Positions 39,137 to 49,376 of a stretch of DNA of 64,000 nt are shown piece by piece. This stretch comes from Bacillota bacterium (GTDB taxonomy: Bacteria > Bacillota > Clostridia > Acetivibrionales > DTU013): assembly GCA_023435925.1 (NCBI GenBank), contig JAEZLF010000310.1:999-64998 (forward strand), read 5' to 3'. The notes under the pieces are model-generated. The model ran no database searches. It saw only the letters and a program-made list of their open reading frames with translations, and was not told the origin of the DNA. Made by a program: the position numbers and the translations under genes. Position 1 is the first letter of the stretch; each line of letters starts with the position of its first letter.

Positions 39137-39704
39137 TGATATACCTCCCTTCCAAATTTCTCTCTTAATCTCTCTCGATCTGGTTTTGTCTGCTCTAATA
39201 TCCAACATCGTTCAAGATATTCTTGTCCTTCTTGAGTTTGCATGCATTTATAAATTACTGCATCCCTTAATAGTGCCTGATATTCAAATGCATCAAGATT
39301 CTCGATCTGAGCAAAATTAAAGCCGGTATATTCTGATACCAGCTTCTCTTCAAGGTAATTTAATTGATAATGTCCCTCATCGTCTTCTTCAGGGGCGTGA
39401 GGGACTTTTAGTTTGGGCTGTTCTTTACCTCATTTAACCATTTAAAATATTCAGTCAGTATTGTAAGATACTGATCCATATCAAGTTCGTCTATTACTTC
39501 ATCAGGCACTTTATATCCTGTTTTATTCTTTGATAAAATCATTTTTACTGCTTCGGATAATTCATCAATTGCATTGTTATTATGATTTTTTGATAAATCT
39601 ACTATTTTTCTTAAAACTTTTATTTTTGGTGGCTCTACTTCAAGTTCTACATCGTTTATTTTTATGTTGAAATATCGTCTATTTATAGTGCTTATGTCAA
39701 GCAT
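39121..39704 (-). CDS. tail assembly chaperone G and its -1 frameshift extension GT
   Basis: The G product is 39408..39704. The -1 frame is open from a UGA just upstream of the slip site to a stop at 39121, giving KEQPKLKVPHAPEEDD...TQEGQEYLERCWILEQTKPDRERLREKFG. Confidence 0.65.
39411..39417 (-). promoter_or_regulatory. programmed -1 ribosomal frameshift heptamer C_CCA_AAC
   Basis: A canonical X_XXY_YYZ motif lies immediately before the G stop codon. It sits inside the only window where the shift can occur. Confidence 0.6.
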
Positions 39705-39718
39705 AGTTATCTCTCCTC

Positions 39719-39745
39719 AAATAATAAAAGGGGCATTGCTGCCCC
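39719..39745 (-). terminator. terminator/attenuator after the major tail protein gene
   Basis: GGGGCA-GCAA-UGCCCC followed by UUUUAUUAUUU on the minus strand. Confidence 0.6.
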
Positions 39746-39751
39746 AGTATA

Positions 39752-40294
39752 TTAAACTGTTGGTATCTCTTCCGTATATTTAATAAGTGTACCTTCTGTA
39801 TCCTGCGGTTGTGCCTTAAACTGAGCATCAATTACAGTTTCCTTATTCTTTGCAAATGCAAGTGTAAATCCTGCCTGATTCTGACCAACTATTGTTACTC
39901 TTATATCTCCATCCTGTGCATCTTCATGCACAAAATGTATAACATATTTCTTTCCATCATCATTAGAAACTCCACCAATTTTAACAGTTCTCACTCCTGC
40001 CGCTTCCGAAACTCTAGCGGTAGAGCAAAGTTTTTTCAATGTATCGCCATTCCAAGTCATTATCCCTGATTTTAAAGTTGCTTCCTCTTTGGTCATAATA
40101 ACTTTTGTTACCATTCCCATATCATCAACAGCTTCATACCACTCGGGCTTATATTCAAGACTTGCACCGCCTTGTATATAACCTAAACGATTTGTATCAA
40201 CTTCTATAGCTGTATTTTCTGGTAATGTTCCGGTAAATTCCATGCAATATAACGTACCGCTTCCTAATACAATTTTTTCACCATCTGTAGCCAT
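39752..40294 (-). CDS. major tail protein
   Basis: Its position upstream of the chaperone and tape measure genes, a 180-aa beta-rich sequence, and LGYIQGGASLEYKPEWYE are typical of phi13/TP901-type tail tube proteins. Confidence 0.7.
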   Translation of the reverse strand: MATDGEKIVLGSGTLYCMEFTGTLPENTAIEVDTNRLGYIQGGASLEYKPEWYEAVDDMGMVTKVIMTKEEATLKSGIMTWNGDTLKKLCSTARVSEAAGVRTVKIGGVSNDDGKKYVIHFVHEDAQDGDIRVTIVGQNQAGFTLAFAKNKETVIDAQFKAQPQDTEGTLIKYTEEIPTV

Positions 40295-40310
40295 TTTATC
40301 TACCTCTTTT

Positions 40311-40649
40311 CTACAATTTTTCTACAAATTTTATTTGGTATATCACCTGATATAGATCCTCAGATTCTATAAATGTCTCTGAAGTCTCATAATCGGCGTC
40401 TATATTCTCTAATACCGCTTCCAATGTTTGTTCAGCGGTTAAATCCTTCTTGCCTGTATAAAGCTCTATCTGATAATTTTTATATTTTCCATGAACCTTT
40501 TTATCGGAGGAAATATTATTATCAAATGACCGTAAATAAACAATATAAGGTGGTACAGGTAGAGGATTTTTTTCATCCACCTTGAAATGATGATATGCTA
40601 CTGGATAACCAGTAGTTTTTAATTGTGTAAATAACTCAGCTTGTGTCAT
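40311..40649 (-). CDS. tail terminator / tail completion protein (by position)
   Basis: 112 aa, located between the gp10-like and major tail genes. Confidence 0.45.
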   Translation of the reverse strand: MTQAELFTQLKTTGYPVAYHHFKVDEKNPLPVPPYIVYLRSFDNNISSDKKVHGKYKNYQIELYTGKKDLTAEQTLEAVLENIDADYETSETFIESEDLYQVIYQIKFVEKL

Positions 40650-41026
40650 CTCTGCACCACCTTTTCTATACGTTCAATAAGTTCTTGTTTTGCTTTTTCT
40701 TCGTTGGGGGAAATATGAGGCTTACCTTCTACCCTACCACCATTTTGTTTAGCATGACCATGCTCAAGAAGATGGCTGAGTTGATAGTCCGTAGCATTAT
40801 ATGTCCTTAATCTGATATTGTTATCATCTTCATATTCCACTTTTGATTTCCAGCCTTTAGCGTATTTACCTTTATCTTTTGGACTATCACGCTTTATATT
40901 ATCCGTCATTTCTTTACTTACATCTCTGCATGATTGTTTAACATCCTGCGCTACTTCGGCGGTATATTTTTGTAATTCATCTGCAATTAATGTTGATAAA
41001 TCATCAATTGATGCCATACTATACAC
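40646..41026 (-). CDS. HK97 gp10-family head-tail joining protein
   Basis: Family-like motif YQLSHLLEHGHA, plus its position. Confidence 0.6.
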   Translation of the reverse strand: MYSMASIDDLSTLIADELQKYTAEVAQDVKQSCRDVSKEMTDNIKRDSPKDKGKYAKGWKSKVEYEDDNNIRLRTYNATDYQLSHLLEHGHAKQNGGRVEGKPHISPNEEKAKQELIERIEKVVQR

Positions 41027-41318
41027 CTGCCTTTGATGCTAGATATAATTCAATTCGTTCATCGTTTCTTAAATAAGTTCGGTAAACAGAATATCTTTTA
41101 GAATTATAATCAACAATTGTTGCACCGTTATAATCAAACTCAAAGATTGTGACTTTAAACTGTGACTTTAAACCTGATTGAGATGCTGAAAAATATTCTG
41201 CTTGAGATATACTTTCTATTGTACAAAAAACTTCTTTTGATACTTCCTGCTCAATTTGGTTTCCAATATCATCAGCGACTATGGATGTACTAATAAGACT
41301 AATTATTTCATCCCTCAT
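41019..41318 (-). CDS. head closure / head-tail adaptor protein
   Basis: 99 aa, with conserved gene order after the gp6-like connector. Confidence 0.5.
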   Translation of the reverse strand: MRDEIISLISTSIVADDIGNQIEQEVSKEVFCTIESISQAEYFSASQSGLKSQFKVTIFEFDYNGATIVDYNSKRYSVYRTYLRNDERIELYLASKAGV

Positions 41319-41612
41319 TTATATCACCGCCTCTGTATATTCAGCAGATAATGATAGATGTGTTCTTAATAAGCTGTATGATTTCTGATATTTATCTGAA
41401 TCAGGATTATTCCATCCAAAATTAGCTTTACAATAAATGGATATAGCCCTTTTTATGAGAGGGTCAGTTTCATCATTAACCTTTTCTGGCAAAATTCCAA
41501 TGAGAATCATATCAGCTTTAGCAGCTTTAATTAAATCATTTATCTCATTATCAAATGCAAGCGTAGAAGAACTTATCCTTAAAACTGTTTTTATATCATC
41601 AAAGAGAGCCAT
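41319..41612 (-). CDS. gp6-like head-tail connector protein
   Basis: The N-terminus LFDDIKTVLRISSSTLAFDNEINDLIKAAKADM is typical of this family. Confidence 0.6.
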   Translation of the reverse strand: MALFDDIKTVLRISSSTLAFDNEINDLIKAAKADMILIGILPEKVNDETDPLIKRAISIYCKANFGWNNPDSDKYQKSYSLLRTHLSLSAEYTEAVI

Positions 41613-41626
41613 ATTAAAGCCCTCCC

Positions 41627-42256
41627 TTATACCATCAAATAAGCATCTACGACTTTACCATTTAAGGCACTATTTAAGTCAATAGTATTACTTTCTAATA
41701 CGGTTGCCGATACCGTTACTGTTGGCTCTGTTGCTTCAACTACATTATCAAGGTATGTATTTTTGTAGCAAATGGTATTATGTGCCAGTTTATATGGTAT
41801 GCCTAATTTATCGCCCCATCCCACATCTACCATCACGCTTGCTCCATCCTGAACAGGTATTGTAATAGTATCAATACTTGCAAAGGCTTTTGATCCTGTT
41901 ATTGTTGCTGGAGTATCGGCGGTTACAGCGAATGTTTCCGATATAGCGTCACCGTTGAGATTCTTTCCAGTTATTATTATATCGTTGCCGGATACATCTC
42001 CTGCGGTTGTTGCTGCTATTGTCACAGTGAGATTCCTTGCGCATGGCGGCTGCTTAATCAAATCACCAGAATCCAAAATAAGGGCTTCGGCTTCTTCTCC
42101 GTTTGGTCCTTCCGCTCCGTCAATTATTCCGTCAGTATCGGCAGCTACCGCCTGAGTTGCCGACCATTTAAGATGTGCAAGAAAAGCACGATCAACAGAT
42201 ATTCCTTTTGCATCTGTTTTGATCTTTTGCCCCATGTCGAATTTATATGCTATCAT
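41627..42256 (-). CDS. hypothetical phage head-associated protein (possible decoration protein)
   Basis: 209-aa Thr/Ala/Gly-rich beta protein directly after the capsid gene. Confidence 0.35.
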   Translation of the reverse strand: MIAYKFDMGQKIKTDAKGISVDRAFLAHLKWSATQAVAADTDGIIDGAEGPNGEEAEALILDSGDLIKQPPCARNLTVTIAATTAGDVSGNDIIITGKNLNGDAISETFAVTADTPATITGSKAFASIDTITIPVQDGASVMVDVGWGDKLGIPYKLAHNTICYKNTYLDNVVEATEPTVTVSATVLESNTIDLNSALNGKVVDAYLMV

Positions 42257-42273
42257 AATATTTACTCCCTTCC

Positions 42274-42309
42274 AAAAATAAAAAGAGGAAGGTATTATTA
42301 CCTATCCTC
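42274..42309 (-). terminator. terminator/attenuator after the major capsid gene
   Basis: GAGGAUAGG..CCUUCCUC hairpin followed by UUUUUAUUUUU on the minus strand. Confidence 0.55.
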
Positions 42310-42334
42310 TCTATGGTCTTGTTTACCTCAATTA

Positions 42335-43537
42335 CTATTTTGTATAATATGCAAATGCTGTTTTGGCAAACATCGGCAAGCCACCGGCGTAAACCTTACC
42401 TCTCCAGACTGTACTGTCTGCGGAGAATCCTGCAGAAGAATCTGCCTCAATAACAATTTCTTGGGATTCATTTACTATATACTGTGCCAAATCTCCATAT
42501 GCAAACTCACCATCGGCCATTCTAGTTGTCAATTCCACAGGTCTTGCATCAATGTAGTACTGTGTAGGACTACCAGCCACAACCGGTGCAGTGGTAACCA
42601 GTGGATTGCCGTTTGCATCAGTAATAGATCTAAACTCATTGAAGAAGGTCTTTCTATTCATGATCCAAGTGCCATTATCACCATAAGGACTATCAACGAT
42701 TCCTTGCACTTCGTTCAGCAATTCCCAATCAATATCAGTATAGGTCTTTACTGCGGAAGGTGCAGCTGAAACTGCGGTTTTGATACCAGTAAATTTAGAT
42801 GTTGCAGGATTTCCAACTATAATGTAGTTTTCAAGCTGTAAACCAATGTATTTACCAATTTCCATAGCAAGATATCCTTCAAGTCCAGATATGCTATTTT
42901 TAAGCAGTAAATTCTTAACAGCTATAGTAGCAACAATAGCCTGCTGGTTAATTGTGGCTTCTGTAAATGTGAATGTAAGCGTATCAGTTCCGTCCTCGTT
43001 ATTCGTCGGAGCATCAGCAGTACCAATGGGAATTGTTACATCTCCATTAAAGCCATACTTAGTGATTTTGGAATATAATCTACCATACTTAGTAATAATA
43101 GACTGTATCTGATTCAATGTTGTCTGAGGTACAAGGTACTCAGCTCCGGCAGTAACGGACAATCCATTCATATCGATAATTGCTCTTTTACCCATTGCCA
43201 TTATATCTTTATCAACTTCGGAAATTTTTCCATTCATAAAGCTGCGGAAAAATGCGTCACGATATTGTGCACTCGCCCTATAATTTTCACTTGTTAATTC
43301 GTTTGTTTTCATATTAAATAAACCTCCCCTAGTCTCCTGTTCTGGAGCATCTTTCAATTTTTCGTTAATTTCATCTAAGCTATCTGATATCTTTCTAAGG
43401 TTTTCAGCTTCTGCTGACATTTCCTCAGTGGTCATTGTCGCTCTTGCATTTTCACACTTCTTCTTCAGCTCAAGTCTCTGCTGCTCAAGTTCTGCTTTTT
43501 GCCTTCTTAATTCTGCTGCTTCTTTTTGCGTTAACAT
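42335..43537 (-). CDS. major capsid protein (HK97 family)
   Basis: 400 aa with an N-terminal coiled-coil delta-like region, then the capsid fold. It follows the prohead protease gene. Confidence 0.8.
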   Translation of the reverse strand: MLTQKEAAELRRQKAELEQQRLELKKKCENARATMTTEEMSAEAENLRKISDSLDEINEKLKDAPEQETRGGLFNMKTNELTSENYRASAQYRDAFFRSFMNGKISEVDKDIMAMGKRAIIDMNGLSVTAGAEYLVPQTTLNQIQSIITKYGRLYSKITKYGFNGDVTIPIGTADAPTNNEDGTDTLTFTFTEATINQQAIVATIAVKNLLLKNSISGLEGYLAMEIGKYIGLQLENYIIVGNPATSKFTGIKTAVSAAPSAVKTYTDIDWELLNEVQGIVDSPYGDNGTWIMNRKTFFNEFRSITDANGNPLVTTAPVVAGSPTQYYIDARPVELTTRMADGEFAYGDLAQYIVNESQEIVIEADSSAGFSADSTVWRGKVYAGGLPMFAKTAFAYYTK

Positions 43538-43567
43538 TTATAAAACCCCCACATTATTTTTTATTTA

Positions 43568-44179
43568 TTAAATAAGAGACAATTCTAAATCAAATAATGC
43601 TTTTGCTCTTTTATCAGCATCAGCTTTGCCTTTTAATTCTTGTTCTCTTTTCGACACGGTTTCCTCGGTTGCAATTGCCACCGTTTGTTGATAAGCTGCC
43701 CACGTGACCAGCGAAACTTCCGGTAAATCTGTAATATGTAGAATTGTATCAATCTTCTTATCATAATCTGTCTGCCATAAATCAGCATAAAATCTAAAGC
43801 TCATACTGTCTAACAATCCACGGCTAACTCTATCGTACACATAATTATCCAATTCAGTATTACCTAAAGTCGCATCTATAAATAAACCAGTGCTATCAAT
43901 TTTGAAAGTCAGGTTAATGCCATTCCTCGCTAAAAGTTGGTTATCATCATGCCCAAGTAATAACATTAAATCAGATAAGTCTACATCACTTAAAGCATTA
44001 GAATCCACCACTTCTGACCAGTCACTGTATCTATAAGGATTTCCTTTAACGCCAAATACTACAGGATATCCTTTAACATGTCTTACTCCATCTACGGTTT
44101 CTGCACGAAATTCCCCACCTTTAAATAGTAACGTTCGCTTTTCCAGTTTTTTATCCATTCTCACCTTCACCTCCCTCAA
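43568..44179 (-). CDS. HK97-family prohead serine protease
   Basis: GYPVVFG...LLLGHD...SFRF blocks, located between the portal and capsid genes. Confidence 0.75.
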   Translation of the reverse strand: MREVKVRMDKKLEKRTLLFKGGEFRAETVDGVRHVKGYPVVFGVKGNPYRYSDWSEVVDSNALSDVDLSDLMLLLGHDDNQLLARNGINLTFKIDSTGLFIDATLGNTELDNYVYDRVSRGLLDSMSFRFYADLWQTDYDKKIDTILHITDLPEVSLVTWAAYQQTVAIATEETVSKREQELKGKADADKRAKALFDLELSLI

Positions 44180-45350
44180 CTACATAATTTCCAGGTTTAA
44201 GTGCCTGAAAGTTTTTGCTTTCCAAAAACTCATCCAGCCCTTTAGCTTTCTTAATTCCAAGACGTTTTCTGACTTCGTTTCTAGTCAGTACACCTCCAAA
44301 AATCATTTCTTTATAGAAAATGGTTTTAGCTGATAAAGTACTAATTTCAAGATCAATAATTTCGGCTTGAATCCTATTGAAGTGATATATTTCAGTTTTG
44401 GAAAAGATTTTATAGGTTGTCTCTTCTTCTGTTTGCCAAATTACAGGCTTTATCGTGTTATCAACAAATTGCTCGTATTCAAGTTCGCTAGCACTGTGGT
44501 TTAATAACTTATCACTTACACCAAAATAATTATAAATTAGCTTTATAATTGAATTTAACAATTCGGTATTGAGAGTATTGGTATTAAGTTTAAGCTCCTG
44601 AACATCATAATTGTTATCTATAAATCCAAAGCCAGTCGTATTCTCTGATGTTAAGTATAGCTCTTTAAATTCATTCAGCTTCTTTTGAGCATCTGTACCC
44701 TTTAATGGTATTACTGTCTTTATTAAAGCCATTATGCGGTTTGCATTAACACTATCTTTGACAGCCTGTGATTGTAAAGTATTGACTATTTCAATATAAT
44801 TACCAGTTGCTTGTGTTTTACTTCCACCTTTTATTACTGGAAAACGCTGTAAATGAATTATATCTTCGTAATAGAATGAATACTCAGTTGAATTAAAGAA
44901 GATTATAAGTTTACCGTTTTCATCTCTTGTGAATTCAAAACTGGTAAATGGCAAAGGATATAAAGCTTGTAATTGTCCTGATTCATCCCATTCAGGAGCG
45001 ATAAAAACATTATTGGCTATCAATAACCTTGTATACACATATGTCCAAAACACTTGAGGACATTGATATTGATTGCTTCTGACATTCAGGACATAGTTAA
45101 CCTTATCATTTATTACATCTAGATTACCATCAAGATCAATTCTGACATGTTGCAATTGAATACTTGCAAGTTTTTCGGCTACAAAATTTATTGCTGTTCT
45201 AATTTCTGGAATATTATATAGGTCTTTAGATATATTTAACAATGATGTTCCTTGGTTAAGCAAGTCTACTATTTTATTAATGGTTATAGCATTTTCTTTA
45301 CTTTGTCCAAACCCATATAAGAATTTTTTAATATTATTAAAAGTTCCCAT
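44151..45350 (-). CDS. portal protein (HK97 family)
   Basis: 399 aa, located directly after the large terminase gene. Confidence 0.8.
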   Translation of the reverse strand: MGTFNNIKKFLYGFGQSKENAITINKIVDLLNQGTSLLNISKDLYNIPEIRTAINFVAEKLASIQLQHVRIDLDGNLDVINDKVNYVLNVRSNQYQCPQVFWTYVYTRLLIANNVFIAPEWDESGQLQALYPLPFTSFEFTRDENGKLIIFFNSTEYSFYYEDIIHLQRFPVIKGGSKTQATGNYIEIVNTLQSQAVKDSVNANRIMALIKTVIPLKGTDAQKKLNEFKELYLTSENTTGFGFIDNNYDVQELKLNTNTLNTELLNSIIKLIYNYFGVSDKLLNHSASELEYEQFVDNTIKPVIWQTEEETTYKIFSKTEIYHFNRIQAEIIDLEISTLSAKTIFYKEMIFGGVLTRNEVRKRLGIKKAKGLDEFLESKNFQALKPGNYVVEGGEGENG

Positions 45351-45368
45351 CTACTCACCTGCCTTTCT

Positions 45369-47114
45369 TTAATTGATTTTGAAATCTTGATATTCCAAGA
45401 ATAAATCTTCACATTTTTTGAAGGCTATGTAAGCCATGAGATATGAAGAATAGCCGTCAATACGTCCCTTAGAATGTGCTTTATCGGGTCTAATATTTTT
45501 ATTAGGATCAATTGAAGCTGCTGTGTTAGTTGTACACCAGCGAAACAACCCATTATGTCTACTAAACTGCAATATTTTATCATCAAATAGAACTTTAGTT
45601 TCTTTCATTGGCTGCGATAAGGTTTTTGCTCCCCACGCAACTTCAAATAGAATTCCTCTACCTTCACTGTTTTCTCTCGGGAATCCGACTAAAGCCATAT
45701 CATCAGCAAAATCGCTAAAATGCCATCTGTCCGCACCTATCTTCCAGAAAGTTACATCATATTTGTCTCGTAAATCCACAAACCACTGAACAATATGCTT
45801 TCTAGATACCAAGCTACCATCACATATTTGTAAAAGTTCTCTGTTTAAAGGATCTGAAGCATTCGTATACTGGAAACTTTGATATGCCATCTTATCAGAT
45901 TTACTATTTAGTTCAATTCTCTGAGATGCTATAAAATATTTTTGAAATAAATATAGTTTTTTATATATCGGTAGTAAAGCACTCGCACAAACTAAATCAG
46001 TAGTTTCTGCCAAGTCTGCTGCTCCTGCTGCATATTTATTGACTAATATTTTATCATCCATTTCAATAGCACAAGCATCAACTTGCTTGAGGTTGAAATA
46101 AATAACACTGGAATTAGTAGCAATATTCATGTGTCTGTTAAGAAATGAAGGTAACTGTGCAGGGTCTTCAATGGCTTTTTGTAATTCACCTCTTATATAA
46201 CTGTAAGTTGGCCTTGCTTCATTTATCCCAGGATTTGCTTTAACCCATTTAGATTCATCCATGTAATCATCATCGATATCTAAACGGAAAATCATTGGAA
46301 ACAGTCGTTCATTCGATTTATTATTTAATCGCTTAATACACCGTTCCAGTATTGAATCAAATATACCTTCACGAACATTTCCAAAAGTAGATATAACAAC
46401 TCCTAACGGTTGTGTCCTAGCTCCACACGCACTACTAAATACGTCATAAGTATTGCGATCTGTAATTAAAGCCGCTTCATCGACTATATAGCAAGATGGA
46501 TTCAACCCTTCCTGCCCCTTGCTATTCTTGCTTCCAGCTTTCATATAACTATTAGTAGCTGGAAACAATAACATTTCTGCATTGTCCTTATCTCGTTTTG
46601 TTTTTACATATTTTCTTAATGTCTCGTTGTTTATTAAAAAATTCTTAGTATTTTCATAGACTAATCCTGCTTGGGTTTTTTGCGTTGCTAAACACCAAAC
46701 TTGTGCCCCTGCTTCACCGTCTAAAATTAGCATATAGGCTGCAACAGCGCCTAGGAAAAATGACTTACCCCACTTCCGGCAACAAAAGAGTACTAGTTCT
46801 CTGAAATATCTAACATTAAGTGTTAATTCTACATCGAAAGTTTTAAAACCGAAAATGCAAGCTGCTATATATTTCTGTTCAATCGTTAATTCAAATGATT
46901 CTCCAGCCCATCTACCTTCTTTATGCTTGTTCATTTTGCAGAAATCAATAAAGGTCTCAACGTCTGTATTATCATAAAAAATAGAATCATCTTTCATCAA
47001 TGATTCTATCATTTCTTTCAAAAGCTTAATGTCATTACAATGTTTTTGTGGCTCACGTTCTACATAATCATGCCAATCACTTATGTATTTAGGTATGTTA
47101 TTAATAATAGGCAT
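45369..47114 (-). CDS. terminase large subunit
   Basis: 581 aa with Walker-A-like CCRKWGKS, Walker B YIVDEA, and a C-terminal nuclease-like domain. Confidence 0.85.
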   Translation of the reverse strand: MPIINNIPKYISDWHDYVEREPQKHCNDIKLLKEMIESLMKDDSIFYDNTDVETFIDFCKMNKHKEGRWAGESFELTIEQKYIAACIFGFKTFDVELTLNVRYFRELVLFCCRKWGKSFFLGAVAAYMLILDGEAGAQVWCLATQKTQAGLVYENTKNFLINNETLRKYVKTKRDKDNAEMLLFPATNSYMKAGSKNSKGQEGLNPSCYIVDEAALITDRNTYDVFSSACGARTQPLGVVISTFGNVREGIFDSILERCIKRLNNKSNERLFPMIFRLDIDDDYMDESKWVKANPGINEARPTYSYIRGELQKAIEDPAQLPSFLNRHMNIATNSSVIYFNLKQVDACAIEMDDKILVNKYAAGAADLAETTDLVCASALLPIYKKLYLFQKYFIASQRIELNSKSDKMAYQSFQYTNASDPLNRELLQICDGSLVSRKHIVQWFVDLRDKYDVTFWKIGADRWHFSDFADDMALVGFPRENSEGRGILFEVAWGAKTLSQPMKETKVLFDDKILQFSRHNGLFRWCTTNTAASIDPNKNIRPDKAHSKGRIDGYSSYLMAYIAFKKCEDLFLEYQDFKIN

Positions 47115-47506
47115 TACATCACTTTCTTCCGTTTAAGGAGCTTTAATAATTCGTCTTCCTGTTGTTGTGGTTTAGAAGCATCCATTGGCATTAACTCTGA
47201 TAGCTGTTTGAATATAGAGATTTGATTTTTGACCATGACATTATAGATTTCAACCTCAACGGTTTTCTTGAATCCCTTCTGATTTGCACCGTTCTGGTAT
47301 TCTTCAACTACACCTTTTTGATTTATAGTTTTTTGCAGCTCATCAAGGGTAACCGTCATAAATGCTGCATTTTGTATTAAGGACTGGACTTTATCCATTG
47401 TTGACTTTGGCATGTTGTTAAATAATTCGTTTAATCTTTTTATCTCATTTTTAATTCTCTTTTCTTTATTTTTTATTTTTTTTAAATCATCTTCCATCTT
47501 TATCAC
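47114..47506 (-). CDS. terminase small subunit (P27 family-like)
   Basis: 130 aa with EEYQNGANQKGFKKTVEVEIYN typical of P27-type TerS. The stop overlaps the TerL start. Confidence 0.7.
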   Translation of the reverse strand: MIKMEDDLKKIKNKEKRIKNEIKRLNELFNNMPKSTMDKVQSLIQNAAFMTVTLDELQKTINQKGVVEEYQNGANQKGFKKTVEVEIYNVMVKNQISIFKQLSELMPMDASKPQQQEDELLKLLKRKKVM

Positions 47507-47519
47507 CTTTTTTCTTCGT

Positions 47520-47585
47520 ATTGGGAACTACACCGTCACATATGAGGCCTCGTGTAAAATGGAAACCCCACACTCGGTTCCCAAT
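47520..47585. other. candidate cos/packaging-recognition region (9-bp inverted repeat ATTGGGAAC ... GTTCCCAAT around a GC-richer core)
   Basis: It lies between the HNH and terS genes, where HNH-dependent cos phages usually carry cos. Confidence 0.3.
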
Positions 47586-47601
47586 TATTGTTAGTTTTAA
47601 A

Positions 47602-47874
47602 CTATACCCCAGGGGGATTAAGAAATATTTGAAGACTTACTTTTTCTCCACCATGAACATGGTTATGGCAGTCTTGACATAGTAATTCTAGGAGACTCCA
47701 ATTTAAAGAAATGTTTTCATCAAAGATATTCTTAGGAGTCAATTCAATTTTATGATGGACTATCTTCCCTGGACTTGAACATCTTTCACACAACCCAAAC
47801 TTTGCAGTAAAAAAAGCATCACGCAATTCATGCCATGCCTTTGACTTATAAAACTTCTTTGCAAATTCTTTCAT
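47602..47874 (-). CDS. HNH endonuclease (terminase-associated)
   Basis: CERC...HHKIEL...LCQDCHNHVH. Confidence 0.85.
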   Translation of the reverse strand: MKEFAKKFYKSKAWHELRDAFFTAKFGLCERCSSPGKIVHHKIELTPKNIFDENISLNWSLLELLCQDCHNHVHGGEKVSLQIFLNPPGV

Positions 47875-47967
47875 TGTACTACCTCACAAAAAAAAACATT
47901 TATTACGAATTTTAATAAAACGAAATTACAAATCATACAATTAACCAAACCAATAGGAGGTGTATAT

Positions 47968-48147
47968 ATGCCGACAGCAGGAAAGACATTTCTCATTATG
48001 CTTTTAGTTATTGGTATTCTATTAATAGCTGGTTATTATATCAGTGGACAAAGGTATTACAAACTAAAAAGTGCAGGATTTGGATTAGTTATGTTTTCAA
48101 TAGGTGTCTTTTTATTATTCGGCTTATTCCTAGATAGATTTATTTAA
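47968..48147 (+). CDS. small two-TM membrane protein (59 aa), opposite strand to the phage operons
   Basis: TAGGAGG RBS. Translation: MPTAGKTFLIMLLVIGILLIAGYYISGQRYYKLKSAGFGLVMFSIGVFLLFGLFLDRFI. It is followed by a GAGCC-TTCC-GGCTC hairpin. Confidence 0.55.
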   Translation: MPTAGKTFLIMLLVIGILLIAGYYISGQRYYKLKSAGFGLVMFSIGVFLLFGLFLDRFI

Positions 48148-48214
48148 TAAAAAAGAGCCTTCCGGCTCGATAGATATTTAACCAACTCCATTCCATAACT
48201 AATCCATTTCATAT

Positions 48215-48943
48215 TTATTCCTTATTCTGTTCATCTATTGACTTACCATCTTCTAAATTATTTGATTTGGCTATACTATTATCATGATTATCAGCACTTT
48301 GTAACCAATTAAATATTTGTCTTGGTGTAAAATTATCCTGATTTTCAGTGTATACTTTTAACGCGGAAGAATTTAATGTTTTAGAAAATATCTTAATTTT
48401 ACCATTATCATTTATTTTCACTAGCATTAAACTTCCAATACATATAAATGCATCATCTACATTTTGTAAAGATTGAACTAACTTTGCTACACCATCAGCT
48501 TGTAGGTTATTTACATCGGCTTGTGGTTTACTTATGTATGTTGCCACCAAACCATCATTTATTTTTTCAAAAGTATCTTGTGCTTCCTTTTTGTTCATTA
48601 ATTCACGTGTTTTGAAAATTAATTTTTGTCGCCATGATCCATTTTCTTCGGGTAATTCAATTAACAAAATCGAAAAATCTTTTACTGTTTCTTGTAAATA
48701 TGTTATTAACATTCTCTTGCTAATTGAGCTAATGTTAAAGTCTGAAACATAGATTGTTGTGGGAATGTATTTCAAATCTACTTCTAAATAAGTATACAAA
48801 CGAGAAATATAGTAGTAAAATTCTTTTATTACTTTATTTTGCCTACTAATTTTCTTGTTTAGAAAATCTATTTTTCTTTCATTAATATAAGATTCGCTCT
48901 CATCATTATCATGCTCAAATTCATAATCCCCCATTTTATTCAT
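48215..48943 (-). CDS. hypothetical protein (accessory region)
   Basis: 242-aa ORF with no recognisable motif. Confidence 0.5.
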   Translation of the reverse strand: MNKMGDYEFEHDNDESESYINERKIDFLNKKISRQNKVIKEFYYYISRLYTYLEVDLKYIPTTIYVSDFNISSISKRMLITYLQETVKDFSILLIELPEENGSWRQKLIFKTRELMNKKEAQDTFEKINDGLVATYISKPQADVNNLQADGVAKLVQSLQNVDDAFICIGSLMLVKINDNGKIKIFSKTLNSSALKVYTENQDNFTPRQIFNWLQSADNHDNSIAKSNNLEDGKSIDEQNKE

Positions 48944-49376
48944 TATTCCACGCTCCCTTCACTTACCATAATTCGCCACGAAAAGGAAAAATCCTGCTTT
49001 TCCCTTTAGAACTAAAACCTTTTAAGATAATACTTAGAAAACATTTGTTTCACAGCACTGCACTTAGTATTTTAACATTAGGAATGTTCAGATAAACCCC
49101 TATAACTACTGTAAACACTGCATTACAAGCCGTTCATGAGCGCAATTCGCTTACTTGTGGATAACTAGGTCTTTTTTCAATTGATTTCCAAATAATTATC
49201 TGTTATGCTTTTATTAATAGAGCGTTTGGTCTTTCAAAAATATTTTAAATGCAGTTATCTTTTAGGTAAAGTGTATATAATATGTTTAGTAGGACAAACA
49301 ATTAAAAATAAATACAAAATGTATTTTATATAGATAACAACAAATGTTAAATATTATGTGAAGGGAGGTCACCAAT

